This document shows, piece by piece, positions 18,393 to 27,841 of a DNA stretch of 29,929 nucleotides; position 1 is the stretch's first letter, and each line of letters starts with the position of its first letter. The notes below the pieces were generated by a model. That model was not told the DNA's origin. It searched no databases and saw only the letters and a list, made by a program, of their open reading frames with translations. The stretch lies in contig JBECKX010000022.1 of the NCBI GenBank assembly GCA_040235515.1, positions 1-29,929 on the forward strand. Direction: 5' to 3'. A program made the position numbers and the translations under genes. The DNA comes from Candidatus Zixiibacteriota bacterium. GTDB taxonomy: Bacteria > Zixibacteria > MSB-5A5 > CAIYYT01.

Positions 18393-20429
18393 TCATTTGA
18401 GCGCGTCGAGGGCACGCCGCACGCGATCGTCATCGGGTCGCAGCCTCAGATAGCGCTCGTAGTAGGGGATAGCTTCCTGCGGTCGGTTTAGCTCACGTTC
18501 CAGGATAAGCGCAGCATTGAGGAGTAGCTGCTCGTTCTCGGGATCAAGCTCAAGCGCCTGCTTGCAGTTGTTGATCGCGCTCTCGAAATCCCTTGCGGCG
18601 ATCGCCCGGTTCGCCCGGTCTTTGTAGATATTCGAAATGTTGTACTCAATCTCATCTCTTGTCTGTGCGGCAAGGACCGGTTGTTCAAGGCCGGTCTCGT
18701 AGGCTCTCAGGGCGAGATCAAGATACCCAACCTTGCGGAAAAAAATCCCGAGCTGGTTGTAGAGGACTCCGCGGAATTCGCGGGCATAGCGACCCAGGGC
18801 CGCCTCGAAATATGCCTCGGCGAGCATCGAGTCAGGTGGAAGCCTCAGCAGCGCTTCCTCGCCATTGATCAAATCGATATTTGCGACCAACTCCCGCGAC
18901 ATCAGGTCCCCCGGCTCGAGATTCGGCGGGTAGCCGGGGAGGGGTGGATGTTGATCCACCGGCGTGGCGTATTCGTAGAGCAGTCCGTACGAGTAAAGCG
19001 AGTCGATTCCTTCCCACCAACTCGGTTCATTCTGATAGTGAGACTTCGCGAACAGCTTCCGGCCCCCGTCAAGTTGCAGCACCGCAGCACGCGCGACGTA
19101 AAGATCATCCGTTCTGATCCCCAGCCCGGCTGCCTGTTCTAGCAATGCCCGCTTTCGAATCGATCTGTCAAAGAGCGTCAGATCCGGGCGATAGTTTTCC
19201 GCGTAGCGAAGGTAGGTTGGTCCGAAAGAGTTGATATCGCCGGCGAGAAACAAAGTGCCGTTGCCCGGCACGGCATCAAGCAGAGCCCGTGAATACTGGT
19301 CATAAAGGTTGTAATCCGATTTGTCCTGTTCAGCATATTGGCTTACACCAAGCAAGCACGCAATCGCGATGATCACTGCTCCCGCAATGCGCGTGTGCAG
19401 TTGCCGTTCTCTGATCCACTCCAGGTTGAAACTGATCAGCAGCAGGGTCACCAACATCGGGATCAGGAAAAATGGTTCATAGTTGACTGCCTGGTGGAAG
19501 GCGGCAAGGACCAGCGCCGCGACCAGCACGATCAGCAGGAAGATCGTTTCTCGCCGACGCTTGCTGATTCCCGCAATCGTTCCGGCTACCAGCAACAGCA
19601 GGCCCACGATGGTGTAGCACTCGATCACCGTGCGATAGTAGAGCTTCGCCGCGTAAAGCAGGTTCGAGACTGAATTTTCCACCCAGCCGGAATATTGTTC
19701 AAGCTTCATGTGCGACCACAACGCCGCGATACCCTCCGGATTCCCCCAGTCGGAGATCGGATCCTTAATCGACGCTCCCCACAAGTAGAAGTAGATCGAG
19801 CCGGCGATCAACACCAACAGGATCATCGGTATAAGCCTGGCAGGTTTTCGGTACGCCCTTTCCATGAGGAAGAAATACAGCAGCGCCGGCGCCAGCGACA
19901 ACGCGGATGGATGATTCGACAGCGACAGCCCAAACAGGTACGCCAGCAACAACCAGCGGTTTCTCGATCTCGAGAACGCAGCCAGCACCACCAGCGCGAA
20001 GAGCAACACATTGAGCGTGTATATCTCCACACCGGCCGTCTCTGCCCAGAAGATAGCCGTTACTCCCCAAACGCAGGAGATTCCCAGGGCAGGCAGCCAC
20101 TCGTAGAACCTGCGTGCTATCAGATAAACCACACCTGTGGCCGCAGCGGCAAGGGAGATGTTGTAGATGCCACCCGCAAACACCGGCCGCAGGAAGCCAA
20201 GCAGTTGCACGGCAATCGTTCCGATGATCGTGAAGAGCGGATACCCCGGCGGATGCGCCACTCCACAGGTCTTGAGCGCCAGTGCAAACTCAGCCGAGTC
20301 ACCGATCCAGATCGCCCGGCAGGTCGTCGTGAAGTAGAGTAACCAGACAAGCAGCGCCGGCGCCAACGCCACCCACTTGCTGTTCAGACCGATATTTCGC
20401 TTATTCATCTCTGCGATAGCTTCCTTCAT
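18393..20429 (-). CDS. DUF2723 / TMEM260-like GT-C membrane glycosyltransferase with C-terminal TPRs
   Basis: GDSAEF...GVAHPPGYPLF motif, EIYTLN, GLSLSNH, WGNP, multiple TM helices and a TPR-like tail. Confidence 0.85.
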   Translation of the reverse strand: MKEAIAEMNKRNIGLNSKWVALAPALLVWLLYFTTTCRAIWIGDSAEFALALKTCGVAHPPGYPLFTIIGTIAVQLLGFLRPVFAGGIYNISLAAAATGVVYLIARRFYEWLPALGISCVWGVTAIFWAETAGVEIYTLNVLLFALVVLAAFSRSRNRWLLLAYLFGLSLSNHPSALSLAPALLYFFLMERAYRKPARLIPMILLVLIAGSIYFYLWGASIKDPISDWGNPEGIAALWSHMKLEQYSGWVENSVSNLLYAAKLYYRTVIECYTIVGLLLLVAGTIAGISKRRRETIFLLIVLVAALVLAAFHQAVNYEPFFLIPMLVTLLLISFNLEWIRERQLHTRIAGAVIIAIACLLGVSQYAEQDKSDYNLYDQYSRALLDAVPGNGTLFLAGDINSFGPTYLRYAENYRPDLTLFDRSIRKRALLEQAAGLGIRTDDLYVARAAVLQLDGGRKLFAKSHYQNEPSWWEGIDSLYSYGLLYEYATPVDQHPPLPGYPPNLEPGDLMSRELVANIDLINGEEALLRLPPDSMLAEAYFEAALGRYAREFRGVLYNQLGIFFRKVGYLDLALRAYETGLEQPVLAAQTRDEIEYNISNIYKDRANRAIAARDFESAINNCKQALELDPENEQLLLNAALILERELNRPQEAIPYYERYLRLRPDDDRVRRALDALK

Positions 20430-20490
20430 CTACCATGAATCGGCACAACAGATACTCACGTCTGGTCAAGGAATAGAACGTATAAAGAAT

Positions 20491-21249
20491 ATGCTACGAA
20501 TTGTCACGAACGTTCTGATCCTTCTATCTATCGCTGCATTCTCGGCAGTCGCCGCCGCTGATCAATCTATCAGTGATTCGACCAGCGCAACCCCGTCTCA
20601 AGCTGAACAGGTAGCTCGCGTCATGATCGAAGTCGATTCGCTGATCACACCCGGGAGCACCTTCACTGCCTCCATCGTTCTGCCCGACAACTGTGACTCC
20701 CTCGGCGGCTTCACCCTTTCGCTGGAATATGACTTCGATGCCGTGGTTGTGGACTCTGTGGCGAGCGGTTCCTTGATCGCCGGGGAATGGGAATACTTCA
20801 CCTACCGCACAGATCTGCTCCCGGCCGACGACTCAGAGCTGATTCGTAGTGCCTATCTGAAAATCGTCGCACTCGCTGATCAGCACGACCCCGACGGCAA
20901 ATCTCCTGCCCCGCGTTCGCGGGTCGGGGCAGGGGAGTTGGCCCGGATCTACCTCTATGCGACCGATCACTCGAGCTATCTGAACAAACCGATCCAGCTC
21001 CGCTTCCGTTGGGATGATTGCACCAGCAATTCCTTCTCCGATCCAACCGGAAACCAATCCTACCTGTCGCGCACGGCGTTTGATTACAGTAACGAGCCCG
21101 TTCCCCGGAGTGATGTCATCCACGCCGGAGCAGCGGCCGGCTGCTTCAAGGCGATCAGAAATATACCGCTGCGCAGCTTCGACTTCTACAGCGCTGCCTT
21201 TGTGATCACAACCGCCGCACTCGAATTCCTCCAGCCAGCCGGGGATTAG
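20491..21249 (+). CDS. Secreted cohesin-like domain protein
   Basis: ATG at 20491 begins a clean signal peptide (MLRIVTNVLILLSIAAFSAVAAA). PGSTFTASIVL...LGGFTLSLEYD...VDSVASGSLI...WEYFTYR resembles cohesin beta-sandwich motifs. Confidence 0.65.
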   Translation: MLRIVTNVLILLSIAAFSAVAAADQSISDSTSATPSQAEQVARVMIEVDSLITPGSTFTASIVLPDNCDSLGGFTLSLEYDFDAVVVDSVASGSLIAGEWEYFTYRTDLLPADDSELIRSAYLKIVALADQHDPDGKSPAPRSRVGAGELARIYLYATDHSSYLNKPIQLRFRWDDCTSNSFSDPTGNQSYLSRTAFDYSNEPVPRSDVIHAGAAAGCFKAIRNIPLRSFDFYSAAFVITTAALEFLQPAGD

Positions 21250-21258
21250 GATTCCGGC

Positions 21259-21293
21259 AAAAGAAAAGCGGCAGACCCGCCGGGGCCTGCCGC
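21259..21293 (-). terminator. Intrinsic terminator of the Omp85-like gene
   Basis: Minus-strand stem GCGGCAGGCCC/GGGTCTGCCGC followed by TTTTCTTTT, located between convergent genes. Confidence 0.8.
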
Positions 21294-21323
21294 CTGATTC
21301 GCTTACTCTGGAAACTACAGCCG

Positions 21324-24300
21324 CTAGAATTCCGCTCCGAAGCTGAAGTAGTGGTGTGGCGTGCTGGTCTGTACCAGGTCCCACGCCCATGCCAGATCGT
21401 AGCGCAGCAGGAAAATCCCCAGGTTCACCCGCGCACCGGTTCCAAAACCGGTCTTGAGGCTTTCCAGTCGGTCAGCACCAAACTCAGATGTCGCGAGCTT
21501 GAAAGTCGTGTTCTCATCCCACGCCGCTCCGGCGTCAAGGAAGATGGCGCCTGACAACCTGCTGATCACGATCGGCAGCGGGAAACGCATCGCGAAATAA
21601 TCCACGAACGGGTAGCGCAGTTCAAGATTGACGACTCCATACTTTGATCCCTGCAGATCGAAGTAGTCGTAACCGCGAAGCGGCGTCACGATTTTCGAGA
21701 AGTAAAACCCGTCGATCGAATAGACGTCGTCGCCGGCATTCGTGGAGCCGATATTGTTTGTCGAACCACCCAGGAAATAACGTTTCTTGTCGGCGCCGAA
21801 CGATGCTCCGCCGGCCGCCCGCACCGCGAACGAATACTGCCCGCCAAAATGCCAGTAGCGCCGGTAGTCGAACTCGGTCGACCAGTAATCCTGTGCGCGG
21901 CTGGTAATCGGAATCGAACGTTCCAGGCTGATCTTCCACCGGTTGCCGTTTACCGGTCCCGTAATACCCCACAACACCGTGTCGTTGATCAACGACAATT
22001 CCGCAATCGTGGCGTTTTCATTGCCGTCATCATAAACGTAGCGTCCCTCCTCGGCATCGAAGCGGGCGTCGTAGTAGGTGCGGTCGATATACAATTGCGT
22101 GACATCCAGCTGCAGGCGTCGATACATGCTGAACGGGTGCGATATCGTACCCACCGCGCCATACGTCCTGTCGCTGAAGAGTCGATTCCGGTTGTCCTCG
22201 AAGTAGTTCTTGTTGTGGAAGATACCCATACCGAAATCGGTTCGATGACCGGTGTTGAAATAAAACACCTGCAAGTTCGATTGATTGATCGAATTGACCA
22301 CGTCAGTCGACACATAGAAATTGTGATTCCCCAGGTAGTCGCTGATCACCACGAATGACTGCCCCCGCAATCCATAGAAAGCGTCATACGAGACGCCACC
22401 ACTCACTATATCGGGTGTGAACTTCGGCGTATACTCCTTAACCTGGTACTCACCCTCCGGAGTCGTCGTGTAGAGGGTGTCGCGACCGTCGTTGACCGGA
22501 TCCTCATACTCATCCTCCGATTCCTCCGTGGAATCATTCAGCGCATAGGAACTGCGCGGTGCCGGCGTGAAAACATAATCGTTGCTGCCCGTCATCGGAT
22601 CCTCGGTTGTGCCCTCGGTGCTGTCTGAAGCTGCCAGCTCATCCGATGATCCACCCTCACCGTAACTGTCATCACCCGTCATGCTGCTCGCAGCATACTC
22701 GGCAACCATCTCTCCCTTGAAATACTTCGTTGCCACCAGCGGAGCGCTGTTAACCGTCGCCGGCTTGATTTCAGACATCAGGTAAATGTCATACCCCGCC
22801 TTGTAGAATGATTGAAAGACAATCTTCTCACCGTCGGGCGACCAGGATGGCGCACTGATTCCGCTCAGCACATCCGTGATCGGATACGCCGCCTGATTCT
22901 TGTCCAGATGCTTGATATAAAGGTTGTCGATGCCGTTCAGGTTCGAGACATAGCACAGCTTCTTGCCGTCGGGCGACCAGGTCGGGTAGCGGCACACTCC
23001 GGACTCATGAGTCACCGTATCCTCGATCGCTCCCGACTCGGCATTGACAAGGAATATATTGTACGTCCCGTAGCTGAAACGCTCACCCTTATCAGGCGTC
23101 AAAGGCCTGTCAGATGAAATCGCAATATACTTGCCATCGGGGCTGAAGGCGGCCATGTTGTCATCGTAGTAATCATCCGTTACCTGCCGTAGCTCCTTCG
23201 TCTCCGGGTTGACGATGTAGAGGTCCGACTTCGAATCCACCACGCCGGTAAACGCGATCCGGTTCTCAGTGCCCCAACTTGGATTCAGCACCGAATTGAA
23301 CCCGAACTTCAGCTTCTCGACGATATTGTCTTTCTCATAGTCGTAGATCAGCAGCGCATCCTCGCCGCCCGATTTGGCGACAAAGACGATATACTTGCCG
23401 TCGGGCGACCACGACATTCCGGAAACGTAAGAATGCAACGACTCCAGGTCCCCCGAGCGCGCACTCTTGGCGAGATTCTTCAGGATCGTGCCATCGATGG
23501 CGCTCATGATGTAAATCTCTGTGAAATCTGATTTGTCGGAGAAGAATGCGATCTTCTTGCCGTCCGGCGAGAATGTCGGCTTCTCGTTGAAGTATGACCG
23601 ATCCTTCTCATGATTGGTCAGCCGCTTGCCGATCGCCGCCGGCTCCTTGCGGATCGCAATCTCCGGCCAATAGGTCTTCTTCAGCCAGAGCTGGAACTTC
23701 TCATAAAACTCAGGAACCGTCAGCCCGATCGATGACTTCATCGCCTTCTGCATCGACAGCGAACGGCGCCCCTTGTTGATGATATCCATGATCTTTTCCT
23801 CACCGTACGTCTCGGCAAGGAACTTCAGCGCGGCCTGGCCCTCCTTGTAGGCAAGGTAGCCACCCAGGTAGTCGAGCGGCTGCAGGTAATTGTGAATCGT
23901 GGCATCCCGCACCACCATGTCGGCTTCATAATCCCAGCCGAAACGGGAGGAGTATTCGGCATAGCCCTCGGAAAACCACAATGGCAGGCGGAACAGATAC
24001 TGGCGGGACACCAGCGATCCAAACCCGCCGCCGTAAAGCATATCAAAAATCATGGCATGAGTCAGCTCGTGATGCAGCACATGGCGAAGATCCTCGTAAG
24101 AACCATTGAACGGCACCACTACCCGATTCTTGAACGACTCGGTAAAACCCCCGACACCCTCCGGCAGCAGACCGGTCGTGACGTTGGTTTGTTGAAACTC
24201 ATTATGTGAGCTGTAAACGAAAATCGGAACACGACCTCGGAGCCGGTAGTCAAGCTCATTAGAGATCACGACATATGCCGATTCCAATTCCGTTATCGAA

Positions 24301-24479
24301 AACTTGGCGAGGTCATATTCATCGTCATAGAAGTAGACGTCAAAGTTGGGGGACTGGATATAGTGCCAGTCGAAGTCCTTGTACTGGACCTTGTTCTTGC
24401 CGAAGTATTCCTCCTGTGCATTAGCACCAAGCGCTGACAGGAGGGTGACAGCAAGCACCATGAAGAGGATCTTTTTCAT
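21324..24479 (-). CDS. Outer-membrane protein: zinc peptidase (gluzincin-like) + PD40/TolB-like beta-propeller + Omp85/BamA-type barrel
   Basis: Signal peptide from ATG 24479 (GGAAGGAG upstream). HELTH plus WFSEGYAE. Repeated (W/F)SPDGK. Acidic linker. Omp85 loop-6 motif LRGY, NLELRYP, FLDAGAAW and a C-terminal Phe. Confidence 0.88.
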   Translation of the reverse strand: MKKILFMVLAVTLLSALGANAQEEYFGKNKVQYKDFDWHYIQSPNFDVYFYDDEYDLAKFSITELESAYVVISNELDYRLRGRVPIFVYSSHNEFQQTNVTTGLLPEGVGGFTESFKNRVVVPFNGSYEDLRHVLHHELTHAMIFDMLYGGGFGSLVSRQYLFRLPLWFSEGYAEYSSRFGWDYEADMVVRDATIHNYLQPLDYLGGYLAYKEGQAALKFLAETYGEEKIMDIINKGRRSLSMQKAMKSSIGLTVPEFYEKFQLWLKKTYWPEIAIRKEPAAIGKRLTNHEKDRSYFNEKPTFSPDGKKIAFFSDKSDFTEIYIMSAIDGTILKNLAKSARSGDLESLHSYVSGMSWSPDGKYIVFVAKSGGEDALLIYDYEKDNIVEKLKFGFNSVLNPSWGTENRIAFTGVVDSKSDLYIVNPETKELRQVTDDYYDDNMAAFSPDGKYIAISSDRPLTPDKGERFSYGTYNIFLVNAESGAIEDTVTHESGVCRYPTWSPDGKKLCYVSNLNGIDNLYIKHLDKNQAAYPITDVLSGISAPSWSPDGEKIVFQSFYKAGYDIYLMSEIKPATVNSAPLVATKYFKGEMVAEYAASSMTGDDSYGEGGSSDELAASDSTEGTTEDPMTGSNDYVFTPAPRSSYALNDSTEESEDEYEDPVNDGRDTLYTTTPEGEYQVKEYTPKFTPDIVSGGVSYDAFYGLRGQSFVVISDYLGNHNFYVSTDVVNSINQSNLQVFYFNTGHRTDFGMGIFHNKNYFEDNRNRLFSDRTYGAVGTISHPFSMYRRLQLDVTQLYIDRTYYDARFDAEEGRYVYDDGNENATIAELSLINDTVLWGITGPVNGNRWKISLERSIPITSRAQDYWSTEFDYRRYWHFGGQYSFAVRAAGGASFGADKKRYFLGGSTNNIGSTNAGDDVYSIDGFYFSKIVTPLRGYDYFDLQGSKYGVVNLELRYPFVDYFAMRFPLPIVISRLSGAIFLDAGAAWDENTTFKLATSEFGADRLESLKTGFGTGARVNLGIFLLRYDLAWAWDLVQTSTPHHYFSFGAEF

Positions 24480-24592
24480 GCTGTGCACTCCTTCCGAGGG
24501 CTGAATCTATCTCAAAATATCTGCGTAAGCCCGATACCGATAACACACCCGCTTGCCGCAAGACTCCAAATCATTGCCGCGGGACTAACTAT

Positions 24593-25852
24593 CTAATCAG
24601 GCAGTTTTTCGATGGAAACTCCCGACTTGCGCAGCTTGTCGGGAAGAGCGTCGTATCCGCGCTCTATGTGGTATATTCGTCTAACCTCGCTGGTGCCTTC
24701 AGCAGCGAGACAGGCGGTCACCAATCCCGCCCCCGCCCGTATATCGGACGCCATAACTGTCGCTCCGTTTAATCGTGGCACCCCATCTATCGTCGCGACA
24801 TCACCATTTATACGAATCCGCGCCCCCAAACGCATCAATTCCATACAATGACCAAATCGATCCTCGAATACCGTCTCACGCATATGAGAGGTTCCCTCCG
24901 CAACCGTCGCGAGCGCAACGAAGCAAGCCTGGAGGTCAGTCGGAAAGCCGGGGTAGGGGAATGTCTGGAAATCAACTGCGCGAAGCTTTCCATCCGAACT
25001 GAGCGTGATCGAATCGGAAGTAGTCTCTATTACGCAACCCATCTCCCGCAGTTTCAGCAGTACAACATCCAGGTGGTCAGGCCGACACTCGCGGATCTTT
25101 AGTTTGCCGCCGCAGATCGCCGCCATGCAAAGGAATGTTCCCACCTCGAGCCGGTCCGGCATCGGATCCCACTCGATCGCCCGCAATTTATCGACAGCGT
25201 TAATTACCACCGTGCTCGATCCCGCACCCCTGATGTCCGCCCCCATTGCATTCAAGAACTCGGCGACATCAACCACTTCAGGGTCGCACGCTGCGTTGAT
25301 AATCTTCGTCGTGCCGGTACCGACGGCGGCACCGATCATGATATTCTCCGTGCCCGTGTGGGAGGGTCGATCGAAATAGATGCTTCCTCCCGTCGGGGCG
25401 CCCGTGGCGACGACATAGCCCGCCTCTTCCGAAATCTTCACCCCCAACTGCGCGAAGCCCTTCAGGTGGAGATTCACCGGACGTTGTCCCAGTGAGCAGC
25501 CGCCCGGAAGCGATACACGCGCCCGCTTGAGCCGCGCAATCAATGAACCCAGCACCAAAAACGATGCCCGCATTTGCCGCACCAGGTCGTACGGCGCCTC
25601 CTCACCTGATAGGTTCGAGGCATCAATCTTGACTCTGCCGCTCGACTTGTCCCAATCCACCTTCGCCCCAAGTGCCTCGAGCACCTTCAGCATCACCGCA
25701 ATATCGCGCAGGTTCGGGACGTTGAGGAGTGTCGTCGTTCCTGACTCGGGAAGGAGTGCCGCTGCCATGATCGGAAGCGTCGAATTCTTCGAGCGCATCG
25801 TCCCGATCTCACCATTTAGCTGCCGTCCCCCCTCGATCACATACTTATCCAT
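24593..25852 (-). CDS. murA: UDP-N-acetylglucosamine 1-carboxyvinyltransferase
   Basis: KNSTLP, MRASFLVLG, LPGGCSLGQRP (active-site Cys present), PYPGFPTDLQ, DIRAGA, HIERGY. Confidence 0.97.
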   Translation of the reverse strand: MDKYVIEGGRQLNGEIGTMRSKNSTLPIMAAALLPESGTTTLLNVPNLRDIAVMLKVLEALGAKVDWDKSSGRVKIDASNLSGEEAPYDLVRQMRASFLVLGSLIARLKRARVSLPGGCSLGQRPVNLHLKGFAQLGVKISEEAGYVVATGAPTGGSIYFDRPSHTGTENIMIGAAVGTGTTKIINAACDPEVVDVAEFLNAMGADIRGAGSSTVVINAVDKLRAIEWDPMPDRLEVGTFLCMAAICGGKLKIRECRPDHLDVVLLKLREMGCVIETTSDSITLSSDGKLRAVDFQTFPYPGFPTDLQACFVALATVAEGTSHMRETVFEDRFGHCMELMRLGARIRINGDVATIDGVPRLNGATVMASDIRAGAGLVTACLAAEGTSEVRRIYHIERGYDALPDKLRKSGVSIEKLPD

Positions 25853-25996
25853 CTGGTCTTAGTTAACCTCTCTGTGGGCCAGTCAGTTCCAGCTTTCCTG
25901 GTCCGGGACCGCACCGGTCAGGCTTCACCTGTTATACATTTTGCCGGCGCTGGCGCTGAAACGCGCATCCCGGCGCTATCTAATAAAATCGGCGCA

Positions 25997-26025
25997 AAGT
26001 TACCCTCATCCTCGTTTTTTGACAA
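25997..26025 (-). promoter_or_regulatory. Putative murA promoter
   Basis: Minus-strand TTGTCA-N17-TAACTT. It also fits TTTG-N20-TAnnTTTG. Confidence 0.55.
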
Positions 26026-26088
26026 AGGAACTTGCGAGAAATCTGCACAGAAATTGCCCCTGGAATTCAGGAAATGGACAAATATGCT

Positions 26089-26958
26089 CTACTTTAGACC
26101 GCCCGCTTGCGCCTGATGCCTCCTGAGCCGCCGACCCGCCAGCCAGGTTCGCAGCAACCCCATTGGCGGCCACGTGTTTCCGCCCGGCGGCTGCGCTTCG
26201 GCTCGCTTCGCGCGATCAACGATCTCCCCCGATTTTATCAGTTCAACTATCCGTTTGTACATCGAAAAAACGAGGTACCAGTCGATCGCCGTCAGGTCCC
26301 AGCCCAAGAGCGGCGTTACCCGCTGCTGCTCGATAATCGGCCCGCCATCCACCTCCGGCGTTGCCAGGTGGATAGTGTACCCGATCCTCTCGAAATCTCT
26401 CCGGTAGACCGCCCAATGCATCGGCGAGGAACCCTTATACTCCGGCACGATTCCACAGTGCGGATTGATGACCAGCGGGAATGCTTTGAAAAAACGCTTC
26501 CTGATGATCGGCGCCGCGCAGAGCAGGATAACATCAGGCCCCCAGCCGCTCAGCTTCGCAATCACCTCTTCGGAGTTAACCGTATCGACATCCCACCAAT
26601 CCGGTCTGCGTTCACCCGCCTCGACCCTGGCACGCATCGCTGCCAGAGTTGCGGCGTACGCCGCCGGCTGGTCCGGGTCGAACTGCCGAATCTCCCGGTC
26701 CCTTTCGCTCCCGTCAGGGCCCACCTCAGTATCGCTGCCACGTTTGGCGTCGGCGAGCCTCGCGGCCATCGCCTGCAACCACAGATCCAGAAACGCGACC
26801 AGCCCGCGCCTCCGCACGAAACCCCGGTTGCGCCATGGCGGCGGCCCCGCAGCCCTTTGCTGATTGACGATGAGGAGTTGATTCTGCGATTCGAACAACT
26901 CCCAGGCAAGCTTGTAAACCCAGGAGTTGCTGTTTCTTGTAATGATTGCTATTCGCAC
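26089..26958 (-). CDS. Formyltransferase (N10-formyl-THF-dependent, single domain)
   Basis: INPHCGIVPEYKGSSPMHWA and GYTIHLATPEVDGGPII supply the N-x-H...D triad. The Fmt C-terminal domain is absent. Confidence 0.8.
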   Translation of the reverse strand: MRIAIITRNSNSWVYKLAWELFESQNQLLIVNQQRAAGPPPWRNRGFVRRRGLVAFLDLWLQAMAARLADAKRGSDTEVGPDGSERDREIRQFDPDQPAAYAATLAAMRARVEAGERRPDWWDVDTVNSEEVIAKLSGWGPDVILLCAAPIIRKRFFKAFPLVINPHCGIVPEYKGSSPMHWAVYRRDFERIGYTIHLATPEVDGGPIIEQQRVTPLLGWDLTAIDWYLVFSMYKRIVELIKSGEIVDRAKRAEAQPPGGNTWPPMGLLRTWLAGRRLRRHQAQAGGLK

Positions 26959-26975
26959 GTGCGCGACTGTACCGG

Positions 26976-27500
26976 TTACTTCGCGGCTTTCTTCTTCACT
27001 TTCGCCTGCTTGGCCAGGACCTTCTGCCGCATCTCCTGCTTGAATCCGGCGAATTTATCGAGCATATCGTCACCGAATTCCGGCAGCCCCGCCCCCAGGA
27101 TCTGTGCCGCCAGCAATCCCGCATTGTAGGAATTGCCGATCGCGACAGTGGCAACCGGAACACCCTTCGGCATCTGCACCGTCGAGAGCAGCGAATCATA
27201 TCCGTTCAACGGTTCTATCGGTACCGGCACGCCGATGATCGGCAGCTCGGTGTGCCCCGCGATCGCACCGGCCAGATGCGCCGCACCGCCCGCGCCGGCG
27301 ATAATCACTCTGATCCCGCGACTCCGCGCACTCTGCGCAAACTCCGCCGCCTCATGTGGCGTGCGATGCGCCGAGAGGATATGCATCTCGTGCGGTACTC
27401 CCAGCTTCGAAAGGGAATCGACCGCCCCCTGCATGATATCCAGATCGGAATCGCTCCCCATCACTATCGCCACTCTTGGTGTCGTCCCTGTTTTCGCCAT
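26976..27500 (-). CDS. purE: N5-CAIR mutase PurE
   Basis: [40 protein letters not shown]. Confidence 0.97.
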   Translation of the reverse strand: MAKTGTTPRVAIVMGSDSDLDIMQGAVDSLSKLGVPHEMHILSAHRTPHEAAEFAQSARSRGIRVIIAGAGGAAHLAGAIAGHTELPIIGVPVPIEPLNGYDSLLSTVQMPKGVPVATVAIGNSYNAGLLAAQILGAGLPEFGDDMLDKFAGFKQEMRQKVLAKQAKVKKKAAK

Positions 27501-27692
27501 TGTTCTCCTTACTCCCTGTTTAATGTATCTTCTGTCCAGCTATGAATGATCATGCCGCCATCTACCGTAGCAGATATTGCCAATTCGTCGGTGCAAATCT
27601 ACTCGCACGCCCCGGAGCGCCCGGAAGAATTCGACACTGCGCAGTTTGTCTCCCAACCCCGCCGCGACAATAACTATTGCACGTAGCAAATC

Positions 27693-27743
27693 AAAAGGCG
27701 GTTTGAGCTTTGATCACCTAAATCAAAGTTTCTCAAACCGCCT
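27693..27743 (-). terminator. Long hairpin, probable icd terminator
   Basis: 12-bp AGGCGGTTTGAG/CTCAAACCGCCT plus 7-bp CTTTGAT/ATCAAAG stems, with a short T run downstream on the minus strand. Confidence 0.65.
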
Positions 27744-27841
27744 CGGAATCTCAGTCCTGAACTGCCCGTTCGGCCAGGTCTTAGCTTGGAGCACGATAAT
27801 GCTCAAAGGCGTGACCTGAAGGCATCACACGCCGAAAGCGC

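Noticed and set aside
20377..20490. Upstream start for the cohesin-like ORF
   Set aside because: Overlaps the divergent DUF2723 gene. The signal peptide begins at ATG 20491.
26107..27549. + strand ORFs opposite the formyltransferase and purE
   Set aside because: Arg/Pro-rich shadow ORFs fully overlapping well-supported minus-strand genes.
27501..27690. Purine, ZTP or PRPP riboswitch upstream of purE
   Set aside because: A hairpin is present, but I could not recognise any consensus aptamer motif.
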